40,000 nucleotides of DNA from the NCBI GenBank assembly GCA_964392245.1, contig CAYMOX010000024.1, forward strand, positions 1 through 40,000, written 5' to 3'. Below the pieces are notes generated by a model, which saw nothing but the letters and a program-made list of their open reading frames with translations, was not told the DNA's origin and searched no databases. Shown one piece after another: positions 32,098 through 40,000 of the stretch. Each line of letters begins with the position of its first letter. Position 1 is the stretch's first letter. The position numbers were made by a program, and so were the translations under genes. The DNA comes from an uncultured bacterium. Lineage in GTDB: Bacteria; Cyanobacteriota; Cyanobacteriia; Thermostichales; Thermostichaceae.

Positions 32098-33729
32098 TCA
32101 TCTGATTGCGCCACTGGAGTCATTCCTGTCGAATAGTGTCGCCATCTCTTTCTTCCCTCCAGCCTCTCTCTGATGTAAGTATGCCTGCAATTGAGTATGA
32201 ATTTGGTCTCGTACCGTTTCACGAAAGTCAATGAAGTGTTCCGCTTGCGCACAAACTGACAAATAAAAGGCAGCCACATTGGGGTATCGCCAAAGAATAA
32301 TGGCCAGGTTGCTCCAGAAACGCCAACGGGTTTTACGCACAATCCCCTGTCGCCAGGCAATGATCAATAAAGCACGAATCGTAATCCAATTGATCTCGGG
32401 TCCAGGACTGCCTGTGGTCTGACGTCGCCCTTGAAAGGATTGTTTTTGGCCTTCTCCCAGCTGAGAGAAATGTCGGAATGTTCGATTCAGAGCTGTGAGG
32501 GGATCATAGAGGGTCCAGAAAGCTTCCACATACTCATGGGCTATATCTTCAACAGGACGAGTCGGGACAAAATTCATTAGGGTAATCTGATTTGCATCGG
32601 CACTTTCAGTCAATAAGCGGCCTTCTTTTTGGAGACGATGCCAGAGAGCAGTATCTGGTAAAGCCTGCAACATACTGAACATCGCGGTCGGAATTGAGGT
32701 CTCTTCCACAAACCGGACCACCCGTTGCCCAGCCCCTTGCTTTTCACCATCAAAACCAATGATAAATCCTGCCATGATGCGAAGCCCGGCACGGGTAATT
32801 GCTTGCACGGATTCCGCTAAAGGATCTCGCAGATTTTGAAATTTACGAGTGAGACCCAGGCTATCATCATCGGGAGTCTCAATCCCCAGAAAGACCGAGC
32901 CAAAGTTACAGTCCACCATCATCTGCATTAGCTCAGGATCCTGGGCCAGATCCACGGAGGCTTCGGTAGTGAATGAAAAGGGGTAGCAACGCTCCTCCAT
33001 CCAGGGTTTTAAAGCTGCCAACAGCCTTTTCACATTGCGCTTGTTGCCAATAAAGTTGTCATCCACCATAAAGATGCTGCGCCGCCAGCCTAAATCATAG
33101 AGATACTGCAGTTCAGCCAGCAGTTGTTCGGGTTCTTTAGTGCGTGGTTTCCGGCCATAGAGCACAATAATGTCGCAAAACTCACACTGAAAGGGGCAAC
33201 CGCGTGAGAACTGAACCGACATCTCCGCATAGAATTCCAGCTGCAGCAAATCGTAACGGGGAATGGGAGTGCTAGTGATGGCAGGTTTCTCCCCATTTGC
33301 GCGGAAGATCCCCTTTCGATCTCCTCGCTCCACTGCCTCCACAAACAGGGGTAGAGTGATCTCCCCTTCATCCAAGATCAGGAAATCCGCTCCCTCTGCT
33401 GCTGCCTCTTGGGGAAGGGAGGTTGGATAAGGCCCCCCTACTCCAACCAGTTTACCGTGTGCTTTTGCAGCCTTGATGCTGGCGATGAAGTCGGGTTTTT
33501 GCACAATCATGGCCGAAATAATCACCAGATCAGCCCATGCCCATTCTGCTTCGGTAACACACCTGAGATTACGGTCTACGAGTTTGTAGGCCCAGGACTG
33601 CGGTAGAATTGCGGCTACAGTTACCAACCCCAGGGGGGGAAGCTGTGCCTTAAAATTGACTAGCTCCAGTACTTTATCAAAGGACCAAAAGCTTTTGGGG
33701 AAGGCTGGATATATTAGGAGGATATTCAT
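32098..33729 (-). CDS. B12-binding-domain radical SAM protein (class B, DUF4070-like C-terminus), function unknown
   Basis: N-terminal cobalamin-binding-like domain (MNILLIYPAFPKSFW...LGLVTVAAIL) and radical SAM motif GCPFQCEFC. It lies between bioA and bioB on the same strand. Confidence 0.85.
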   Translation of the reverse strand: MNILLIYPAFPKSFWSFDKVLELVNFKAQLPPLGLVTVAAILPQSWAYKLVDRNLRCVTEAEWAWADLVIISAMIVQKPDFIASIKAAKAHGKLVGVGGPYPTSLPQEAAAEGADFLILDEGEITLPLFVEAVERGDRKGIFRANGEKPAITSTPIPRYDLLQLEFYAEMSVQFSRGCPFQCEFCDIIVLYGRKPRTKEPEQLLAELQYLYDLGWRRSIFMVDDNFIGNKRNVKRLLAALKPWMEERCYPFSFTTEASVDLAQDPELMQMMVDCNFGSVFLGIETPDDDSLGLTRKFQNLRDPLAESVQAITRAGLRIMAGFIIGFDGEKQGAGQRVVRFVEETSIPTAMFSMLQALPDTALWHRLQKEGRLLTESADANQITLMNFVPTRPVEDIAHEYVEAFWTLYDPLTALNRTFRHFSQLGEGQKQSFQGRRQTTGSPGPEINWITIRALLIIAWRQGIVRKTRWRFWSNLAIILWRYPNVAAFYLSVCAQAEHFIDFRETVRDQIHTQLQAYLHQREAGGKKEMATLFDRNDSSGAIR

Positions 33730-33903
33730 TGATTTTTCTGATATCTGTCATCCTATGCTGATTAACTCAATTCAGCAATACACAGATCCATTGCATCTAG
33801 TAGGACATTCTCGGTACAAAGCTATCATGGCAGGCGTTTGTCGATCCAGAAGTATCCGTAATCTGTTTGCAAGGGGCTGGAACAGCTTTTACCAGAAGAT
33901 GAG

Positions 33904-35190
33904 CTAGAGTGCAAGAATCTCCTTTAAGATTTGATTGATCCCCAGATAGATCTGAATGAGTTCATCCTCAGTTATACAGTAGGGAGGCATCACATAAAGG
34001 ACATTCCCGAGAGGTCGTAGCAACAAACCTTGTGCGATGGATCGTTTTCTAATCTCTAGTCCAACTTGATTTAGATAGCCTGAAGCTTCTGATGTTTTTA
34101 CATCCATGGCTGCAATTGTCCCCGTCACACGCCAATTCGAGATCCGGTCATGATCCAGGTACTGTGCATAGCAGCGCTGATGAATCATTTCCATAGACTT
34201 AAAAATATCCTCATTTTCAGTCAGCAACTCCAGCGAAGCTAACCCTGCTGCACACCCGAGAGGATTGGCTGTATAACTATGTCCGTGGAATAGAGTCTTT
34301 AACAGATCATCACTATAAAAAGCCTGGTAAATCTCTTCAGTACAGACCGTAACCGCCAGAGGTAAAAAACCTCCCGTAATCCCTTTTGAGAGGCAGATAA
34401 TATCAGGTGAAACCTGAGCTCGCAGAGCTGCAAACCAATCACCTGTACGTCCAAATCCTGTCATCACTTCATCGAAAATGAGCAGGCTGTCATAGGTTCT
34501 TGCCAGTTGATCCAGCTTCTGCAAGAACAAAGGCCGACACATCCGCATCCCCCCTGCCCCCTGCACTAGAGGTTCAATCATGATCCCTGCACAACAATCT
34601 GGATCAGTGCTGAGGATCTTTTCCAACTGCAACAGTGTCCTTTCTTCCTGTTCTTGAACATCTGGATCTCCCTGGTAAGTGCATGGAAAGGGAACATATT
34701 TCACATCAAACAGTAGATCTGCATAAACCTGAGAGAAGATTGAGCGAGATCCGACTGACATAGCCCCAAAGGTGTCCCCGTGATAAGCTCCCTCAAAAGC
34801 AATAAAAGTAGTTCTCTGTTGATCTCGATTTCGCCAGTACTGATAGGCCATTTTTAAGGCGACTTCGACCGCTGTCGATCCATCATCAGAATAAAATACG
34901 CGGGTTAAGTTCTCAGGCAATTTATCAACTAATGCTTCAGCTAACTTCTCAGCAGGATCGTGGGTAAAACCTGCAAAAATAATATGCTCTAGTTGTTGAG
35001 ATTGCTCAAAGATCGCCTGAGAGATTTTGGGATGACAATGCCCGTGCAGATTCACCCACCAGCTGGAGATACAGTCCAGGATCCGCCGTCCATCCTCCAA
35101 CTCGATCCAGATCCCCTCTCCTCGCTTAACTTTCAAGGGTTCAGGAGATAATTTGGCCTGAGAGAATGGATACCATAGATGAGGATGCAT
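33904..35190 (-). CDS. bioA: Adenosylmethionine-8-amino-7-oxononanoate aminotransferase BioA
   Basis: Class III aminotransferase with the BioA N-terminus HLWYPFSQ and PLP-lysine context ICLSKGITGGFLPL. Confidence 0.93.
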   Translation of the reverse strand: MHPHLWYPFSQAKLSPEPLKVKRGEGIWIELEDGRRILDCISSWWVNLHGHCHPKISQAIFEQSQQLEHIIFAGFTHDPAEKLAEALVDKLPENLTRVFYSDDGSTAVEVALKMAYQYWRNRDQQRTTFIAFEGAYHGDTFGAMSVGSRSIFSQVYADLLFDVKYVPFPCTYQGDPDVQEQEERTLLQLEKILSTDPDCCAGIMIEPLVQGAGGMRMCRPLFLQKLDQLARTYDSLLIFDEVMTGFGRTGDWFAALRAQVSPDIICLSKGITGGFLPLAVTVCTEEIYQAFYSDDLLKTLFHGHSYTANPLGCAAGLASLELLTENEDIFKSMEMIHQRCYAQYLDHDRISNWRVTGTIAAMDVKTSEASGYLNQVGLEIRKRSIAQGLLLRPLGNVLYVMPPYCITEDELIQIYLGINQILKEILAL

Positions 35191-35200
35191 GATTAACCTG

Positions 35201-35866
35201 CTAGTTTGATTCCGGCTGAGTTAACTTTTGGAAAGCTCCCAGCAATGTTTCAGGATTCACCGGATTGAGAATATCAACCTCTCCTAAAATTGTCACCTGC
35301 CCATAGTGGGCAATGGCCTCCCGATTGGATCGGTTACTAGGTCCATTGAGAATCACGCCCCAGATCGGAATTTCAGCCTGACGCAAGGCCGCAAGAGACA
35401 GAAGTGTATGGTTAATCGTTCCCAGTGTACTTCGAGCCACCAGACAAACCGGCAGACCAAGATACCGGATCAGGTCAATGATCAGATCTTTTTGATTGAG
35501 GGGAACCAGCAACCCTCCTGCCCCCTCAACCACAAGATAAGGTTTGGAGTGAGAAGGGATCAGGAAGTCCTCAAGCTTGATATTCACACCATCAATTGCG
35601 GCAGAAGCATGGGGAGAAAGGGGCTGAGAAAGTCGAAATCGTTCAGGCATAAAATGACTGGGATCCAGCTGAGTAACCTGCCTTACATACTCTGTATCTG
35701 TTAAAGGCAATAAACCAGACTGAACGGGTTTCCAGTAAAGGGCTCCTAATCCTAAAGTTAACAATGCAGAAATAACTGTTTTGCCAGCATCGGTATCTGT
35801 TCCTGTAACAAAGATCTGTTTGGGGGGATTGAACTGGATCGATGAGGAATCCTTAAATTGCTGCAT
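35201..35866 (-). CDS. bioD: Dethiobiotin synthetase BioD
   Basis: P-loop FVTGTDTDAGKT and a length of 221 aa. It ends 10 nt upstream of the bioA start. Confidence 0.9.
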   Translation of the reverse strand: MQQFKDSSSIQFNPPKQIFVTGTDTDAGKTVISALLTLGLGALYWKPVQSGLLPLTDTEYVRQVTQLDPSHFMPERFRLSQPLSPHASAAIDGVNIKLEDFLIPSHSKPYLVVEGAGGLLVPLNQKDLIIDLIRYLGLPVCLVARSTLGTINHTLLSLAALRQAEIPIWGVILNGPSNRSNREAIAHYGQVTILGEVDILNPVNPETLLGAFQKLTQPESN

Positions 35867-35887
35867 ATCAAACCGATGGGAGGGGGA

Positions 35888-36586
35888 TCAATGTTCACAA
35901 CGGATCTCGTTCAAGGTGCGCATCAATAGATCCAGCGCCACCACCCCGATTAACCCTCCGACCAGCAATCCTGTGAGGCCATCCACCCAGATCCAGCCCC
36001 ACTGACCGATCCCCAGGGCTGCGAGCAACACCCCAATAGCCCCACAGGCATCCCCAGCCATATGCATACACACAGCTCTCACGGAATGATCCTCATGGCT
36101 GTGATGGAGAAGCAACCAGGCACTCCAGCCATTCACCCCCAGATTCATGACTGCTGCAGTCATCATGGGCAAACTCAAAATGGCCGTGGGAGGATGATAG
36201 AGACGTAGACAAGCCTGACAGACAATCGCGACCCCAATACAGAGCAACAGGATCACACTGCCAAAAGCCACACACCGCTCCAAACGCCGATGCACTTGGT
36301 GGGTCAGACGATGGGTTAGAGAGGCGATTAACAACATGAAGCCCAGCAGCCAGGCATCCGAAAAAAGGTGACCCGCGTCCGCCAGCACCGCCAAACTATC
36401 GCTCCAGATCCCTAGAGTGATTTCCATTCCCGCCACCAGCATCAAACTGGCAAAGGCCAATCCCAGCGCCCTGGATTTGGGGTGTCCCGGTTCCTTACAA
36501 CGCTCCTCATGGGAAAAAGCAATGGGCGGGGCAGAGGGGTGAAGGATCTGCATCTGAAAACTCAGTAACGGCGATGGATAGCCCAT
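35888..36586 (-). CDS. Cation diffusion facilitator-type transporter, membrane domain only
   Basis: CDF-like HxxxD motifs in TM helices (HLFSD, HMAGD) and about 6 hydrophobic segments. The protein ends right after the last TM helix, so the usual cytoplasmic C-terminal domain is missing. Its stop is 21 nt from the bioD ATG. Confidence 0.55.
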   Translation of the reverse strand: MGYPSPLLSFQMQILHPSAPPIAFSHEERCKEPGHPKSRALGLAFASLMLVAGMEITLGIWSDSLAVLADAGHLFSDAWLLGFMLLIASLTHRLTHQVHRRLERCVAFGSVILLLCIGVAIVCQACLRLYHPPTAILSLPMMTAAVMNLGVNGWSAWLLLHHSHEDHSVRAVCMHMAGDACGAIGVLLAALGIGQWGWIWVDGLTGLLVGGLIGVVALDLLMRTLNEIRCEH

Positions 36587-36869
36587 CCGCTCCCCCAGCT
36601 TATCGGGGACAGTTCCTTTCCGGGTTTACGTTTGAACTCATTCGTGTATTGAGATGTAAATGACTGTTAATAATTGTTTGCCGGACTCAGCTGCGACTTG
36701 TGATCGAAAGCAGGTGAGAAATTCTGCGCACTGCCAAGATCTCTTCTGAACACTGCATCGAGCACAGCCCTCCCTTTACCCTGGACAAGGGGAAATTTGG
36801 GAAAAAGGAGGATCTTTTCTTTACAAAGTTTTAAGATTTAATCAGGATCTCGCTAGGCACGGGAAGAGG

Positions 36870-38033
36870 ATGCAAGGTATGAACATGACACGTTGGGGTT
36901 TACTGGCAGGTGGTCTGGTGCTAGGGGTTGGACTGGGTAGCCTCGGCATGAACTGGCTGAGTATGGGGCAGGCTCAGGATAGTGAGATCCCACCGGAGCC
37001 CGTTATGGCCACACCGCAAGCCTTTGTGGGAGCATTGGGCCGGATCGAACCTGCTGGAGAGGTAATCAATATTAGTGGTCCGCCCGGGGAACGCATTGGA
37101 GAATTACTAGTTGACAAGGGAGACTGGGTCACAGCAGGCGACGCCCTGATCCGTTTAGAGACTTATGAAGAGCGCCTTGCGGAGCGGAATTATGCCGCTA
37201 GTCAGCTCGAGGAAGCTAAACAACGCCTGTCTGCAGAAACCCGATACGCTGAAACCCAGATCCAGGAAGCCCGTACCCGTGTGAACCAGGTGGATCAGCC
37301 TCGCGCCCTGGAGATTGAAGCTCAGGCGGCTACGGTGCGTCAGATTCAGGCTGAACTGGAGGACGCCGAAACCGATCTGGAGCGATTTGAAACCCTCTTT
37401 GCAGAAGGGGCCATCTCCCAGCAGGATCTGCAAAAAAGTGAGTTGCAGGTGCAGCAAAAACAGGAAGCCCTCAGCAACGCAGAGGCCACCCTGCGCAGAC
37501 TCCAACAGACCAGGACAGCCGATCTAGAAAATGCCACCCAACAGGTGGAAACCGCCGAAGCCAATCTGGATCTTGCCCGCAGTCAAATTCAGGTGGAGTC
37601 TCTGGCCCGCAACCTGGAGCTAGCGGAAGCACGGCTGGAGCGAACCTTGATCCGGGCACCCCGCGAGGGTCAGATCCTACAAATTCTGGCCTACCCTGGT
37701 GAAGCCATTGAGAGCGAAACGGGGATCTTACAGCTGGGCAATACTCAACAGATGATGGTGGTTGCAGAGATTTACGAAACAGACATCACTAGAATTCAGG
37801 TGGGACAGGTTGCCGACATCTCCAGTCAAGCTCTGCCCCAGGAACTCCAAGGAACCGTGGAGCAAATTGGCTTGCAGATCAACAAAAAAGATGTTCTGGA
37901 TGAAGATCCGGCATCGGATGTGGATGCCCGCATTGTGGAGGTGGATATTCGTCTGGATCCCGAAAGCAGTCAAAAGGTGGCGGGTCTAACCAATCTGCAG
38001 GTTGATGTTTCCATTGCTACTCAAGGAAGCTAG
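36870..38033 (+). CDS. devB: HlyD/DevB-family membrane fusion protein of an ABC exporter
   Basis: N-terminal TM segment, a long coiled-coil (EAKQRLSAE...LEDAETDLERFE) and a beta-barrel C-terminus. An alternative ATG at 36879 has better SD spacing (GAAGAGGA). Confidence 0.8.
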   Translation: MQGMNMTRWGLLAGGLVLGVGLGSLGMNWLSMGQAQDSEIPPEPVMATPQAFVGALGRIEPAGEVINISGPPGERIGELLVDKGDWVTAGDALIRLETYEERLAERNYAASQLEEAKQRLSAETRYAETQIQEARTRVNQVDQPRALEIEAQAATVRQIQAELEDAETDLERFETLFAEGAISQQDLQKSELQVQQKQEALSNAEATLRRLQQTRTADLENATQQVETAEANLDLARSQIQVESLARNLELAEARLERTLIRAPREGQILQILAYPGEAIESETGILQLGNTQQMMVVAEIYETDITRIQVGQVADISSQALPQELQGTVEQIGLQINKKDVLDEDPASDVDARIVEVDIRLDPESSQKVAGLTNLQVDVSIATQGS

Positions 38034-38071
38034 ATCCTTTTCTCTCCGCGTCTGACTTTGAGGGTCCCAAG

Positions 38072-39238
38072 ATGAACTGGTTCAAGCCCAAAATTCCTCT
38101 GGCCTGGTTACAGCTCACCCGTGAAAAGATCCGTTTGGTGGTGGCGCTGGCAGGGATCAGCTTTGCCTGCATTCTCATGTTTATGCAACTGGGGTTTCAG
38201 GAAGCTTTGTTTGACAGTGCCATTCTGTTTCACCAATCCATTCAAGGGGATGTGTTTCTGATCAGTCCCCAGTCCAATGCCCTGATTGCCATGGCCACCA
38301 TCTCCCAGAGGCGTCTCTACCAGGCTCTTAACTTTGCCGAAGTGGAATCGATCAGCCCCATGTATCTGGGATTTGCCCTCTGGAAAAACCCGGAGAATGG
38401 CCGCACTCGTAGCATCTTTGTCGTGGGCATTGATCCTACAGACGACATTCTCGATCTCCCCCAGTTCGAAGCAGCAGATCTAGACCGGATCAAGCGGCAG
38501 GATGTGGTCATTTTTGATCAGGCCTCTCGACTGGAGTTTGGTCCTATTCCGGAATGGTTTAACCAGGGGCGTCATGTTACCACTGAAGTCGGAGGCAGAC
38601 AGGTCACCGTAGAAGGCCTCTTTCAGATGGGAGCAACCTTTGGGGCCGATGGCAATATTATTACCAGTGATCTTAATTTCCTGCGTATCTTTGAACAACG
38701 GCAAGCAGGAATCATTGAGGTAGGAGTGATCAAACTGCAACCTGGGGTAGATCGGGAAAGTATCCTGACCAGGATGCGAGAATTTTATCCAGCAGATGTC
38801 AAGGTCCTTTCCAAGGATGAATTTGTCGAGTTTGAACGCAGCTACTGGGCTGAAAGTACTGCCATTGGCTTTATTTTTGGGCTGGGGACGATGATGGGCT
38901 TTATTGTTGGTATTGTGATCGTTTATCAGATCCTCTACACCGATGTCTCGGATCATCTAGCGGAGTATGCCACTCTTAAAGCCATGGGCTACGCCGATCG
39001 CTACCTGCTCGGGGTTGTGTTTCAGGAATCGATTATTCTCGGGGTGCTGGGATACATTCCTGGGTTTAGTCTCTCGATCCTGCTCTATGACCTGACCCAA
39101 AATGCCACGTTGCTCCCCATCGTCATGACATTTGAGCGTGCTTCCTTTGTCTTTGCCCTGGCCCTGAGTATGTGTTTTCTTTCTGGTGCCATTGCCGTTC
39201 GCAAACTGAGGGCTGCCGATCCCGCTGACATTTTTTAG
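38072..39238 (+). CDS. devC: FtsX-like/DevC-family ABC exporter permease
   Basis: 388 aa with an N-terminal TM segment, a large periplasmic loop and a C-terminal FtsX-type 3-TM bundle. It occupies the devB-devC-devA position. Confidence 0.8.
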   Translation: MNWFKPKIPLAWLQLTREKIRLVVALAGISFACILMFMQLGFQEALFDSAILFHQSIQGDVFLISPQSNALIAMATISQRRLYQALNFAEVESISPMYLGFALWKNPENGRTRSIFVVGIDPTDDILDLPQFEAADLDRIKRQDVVIFDQASRLEFGPIPEWFNQGRHVTTEVGGRQVTVEGLFQMGATFGADGNIITSDLNFLRIFEQRQAGIIEVGVIKLQPGVDRESILTRMREFYPADVKVLSKDEFVEFERSYWAESTAIGFIFGLGTMMGFIVGIVIVYQILYTDVSDHLAEYATLKAMGYADRYLLGVVFQESIILGVLGYIPGFSLSILLYDLTQNATLLPIVMTFERASFVFALALSMCFLSGAIAVRKLRAADPADIF

Positions 39239-39278
39239 CCGTTCTAACTGTTCCCAATCTGATGTTGAGAGGAAACTG

Positions 39279-40000
39279 ATGCTCAAGCACTTATTTGTTG
39301 CAAAAGAATCCAAGATGATGCCGCCTGCACCCATTATTTCCATTACGGATCTCAAGCACTTTTATGGCGAGGGATCACTGCGCAAACAGGTGCTCTTTGA
39401 CATTAACCTCACCCTTGAACCAGGAGAGATTGTCTTGATGACAGGCCCTTCGGGATCCGGGAAAACCACATTGCTGACCCTGATGGGAGCCCTGCGATCG
39501 GTGCAGGAGGGAAGCTTGAAAGTATTAGGGAAAGAACTGAGAGGCGCATCCAAGCACGAGTTAATCCGGATCCGTCGTCAGATTGGATATATCTTTCAGG
39601 GTCACAATTTGCTCAGGTTTCTCACCGCAGTCCAGAATGTGCAGATGTCGCTAGACCTGCATGATGATGTCAATGGATCACTGGCAAAAGCCAGGGCCGA
39701 AGAGATGCTGCGAGCTGTGGGTCTAGGAGAACGGATTAATTATCTGCCAGAAAAACTTTCTGGTGGACAAAAACAGCGGGTGGCGATTGCGCGGGCCCTC
39801 GTCAGTCATCCCAAATTGGTGCTGGCGGATGAGCCCACGGCAGCTCTAGATAGTAAATCGGGTCGAGAAGTCGTGAACCTCATGCAACGATTAGCCCGCG
39901 AGCAGGACTGTGCCATCCTCATGGTGACCCATGATCACCGCATTCTCGATATTGGAGACCGGATCGTCCATGTGGAAGATGGATATCTACATCATGATGT
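39279..40000 (+). CDS. devA: DevA-type ABC transporter ATP-binding protein, 3'-truncated by the window end
   Basis: This ORF is not in the ORF track because it has no stop in the window. My own translation gives Walker A GPSGSGKTT, the signature LSGGQKQRVAIARAL and Walker B LVLADEPTAALD. Alternative in-frame starts are at 39315/39318. Confidence 0.85.
   Translation, partial: MLKHLFVAKESKMMPPAPIISITDLKHFYGEGSLRKQVLFDINLTLEPGEIVLMTGPSGSGKTTLLTLMGALRSVQEGSLKVLGKELRGASKHELIRIRRQIGYIFQGHNLLRFLTAVQNVQMSLDLHDDVNGSLAKARAEEMLRAVGLGERINYLPEKLSGGQKQRVAIARALVSHPKLVLADEPTAALDSKSGREVVNLMQRLAREQDCAILMVTHDHRILDIGDRIVHVEDGYLHHD

Noticed and set aside
32034-32360. 108-aa minus-strand ORF overlapping the 3' end of the B12-radical SAM gene and the spacer before bioB.
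   Set aside because: It is in a different frame from, and largely inside, the well-supported radical SAM gene, and its sequence has no recognisable features. It is likely spurious.
33730-33903. A possible cobalamin riboswitch in the 174-nt leader of the B12-binding radical SAM gene.
   Set aside because: On the minus strand only a short GCCTGCC fragment resembles the B12-box. I could not find the other conserved riboswitch cores, and the region is short for a full aptamer plus expression platform.
36587-36869. A BirA-type bio operator (TGTAAACC-like inverted repeat) upstream of the CDF-bioD-bioA unit.
   Set aside because: TGTAAATGACTGTTAATAATTGTTTG contains TGTAAA/TGTTAA-like words, but they are direct repeats, not inverted. 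No convincing palindrome is present.

Overview
The window looks cyanobacterial, judged from gene content, the DevBCA-type exporter and NtcA-type promoter architecture. It contains five blocks.

(1) 643-10824 (+): one contiguous Mo-nitrogenase operon, nifB-fdxN-nifS-nifU-nifH-nifD-nifK-nifV-nifZ-nifT. nifD and fdxN are uninterrupted and nifE/N/X are not in the window. This order matches what I recall for non-heterocystous Leptolyngbya-type nif clusters.

(2) 10842-15426 (-): a translationally coupled pair, a Cache-HAMP hybrid histidine kinase and a REC-GGDEF-EAL protein. The kinase frame is broken by a 1-nt indel in a C5/G5 run.

(3) 15554-22838: a complete eight-gene Nit1C / 'nitrogen starvation response' cluster of the Sll0783-Sll0787 / MSMEG_0565-0572 family. 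It has candidate NtcA-type promoters in both directions of its divergent intergenic region. Its chemistry is unresolved to my knowledge.

(4) 22848-35866: a GAF-LuxR regulator sits divergent from a 2209-aa type I PKS with the layout KS-(no AT)-DH-ER-KR-ACP. This PKS is fused at its C-terminus to a BioF (8-amino-7-oxononanoate synthase) domain. It converges on an apparent bioD-bioA-(B12-binding radical SAM)-bioB operon and overlaps bioB by 4 nt. No known pimelate-supply gene is visible in the window. I rate this as the most interesting candidate: a dedicated PKS route to pimeloyl-ACP/KAPA for biotin.

(5) 35888-40000: a short CDF transporter and a DevB/DevC/DevA-type ABC exporter, with devA truncated by the window end.

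Across the whole window GATC is about 3-4x over-represented in hand-counted samples. I saw no tRNA, rRNA, CRISPR array, transposase or phage genes.
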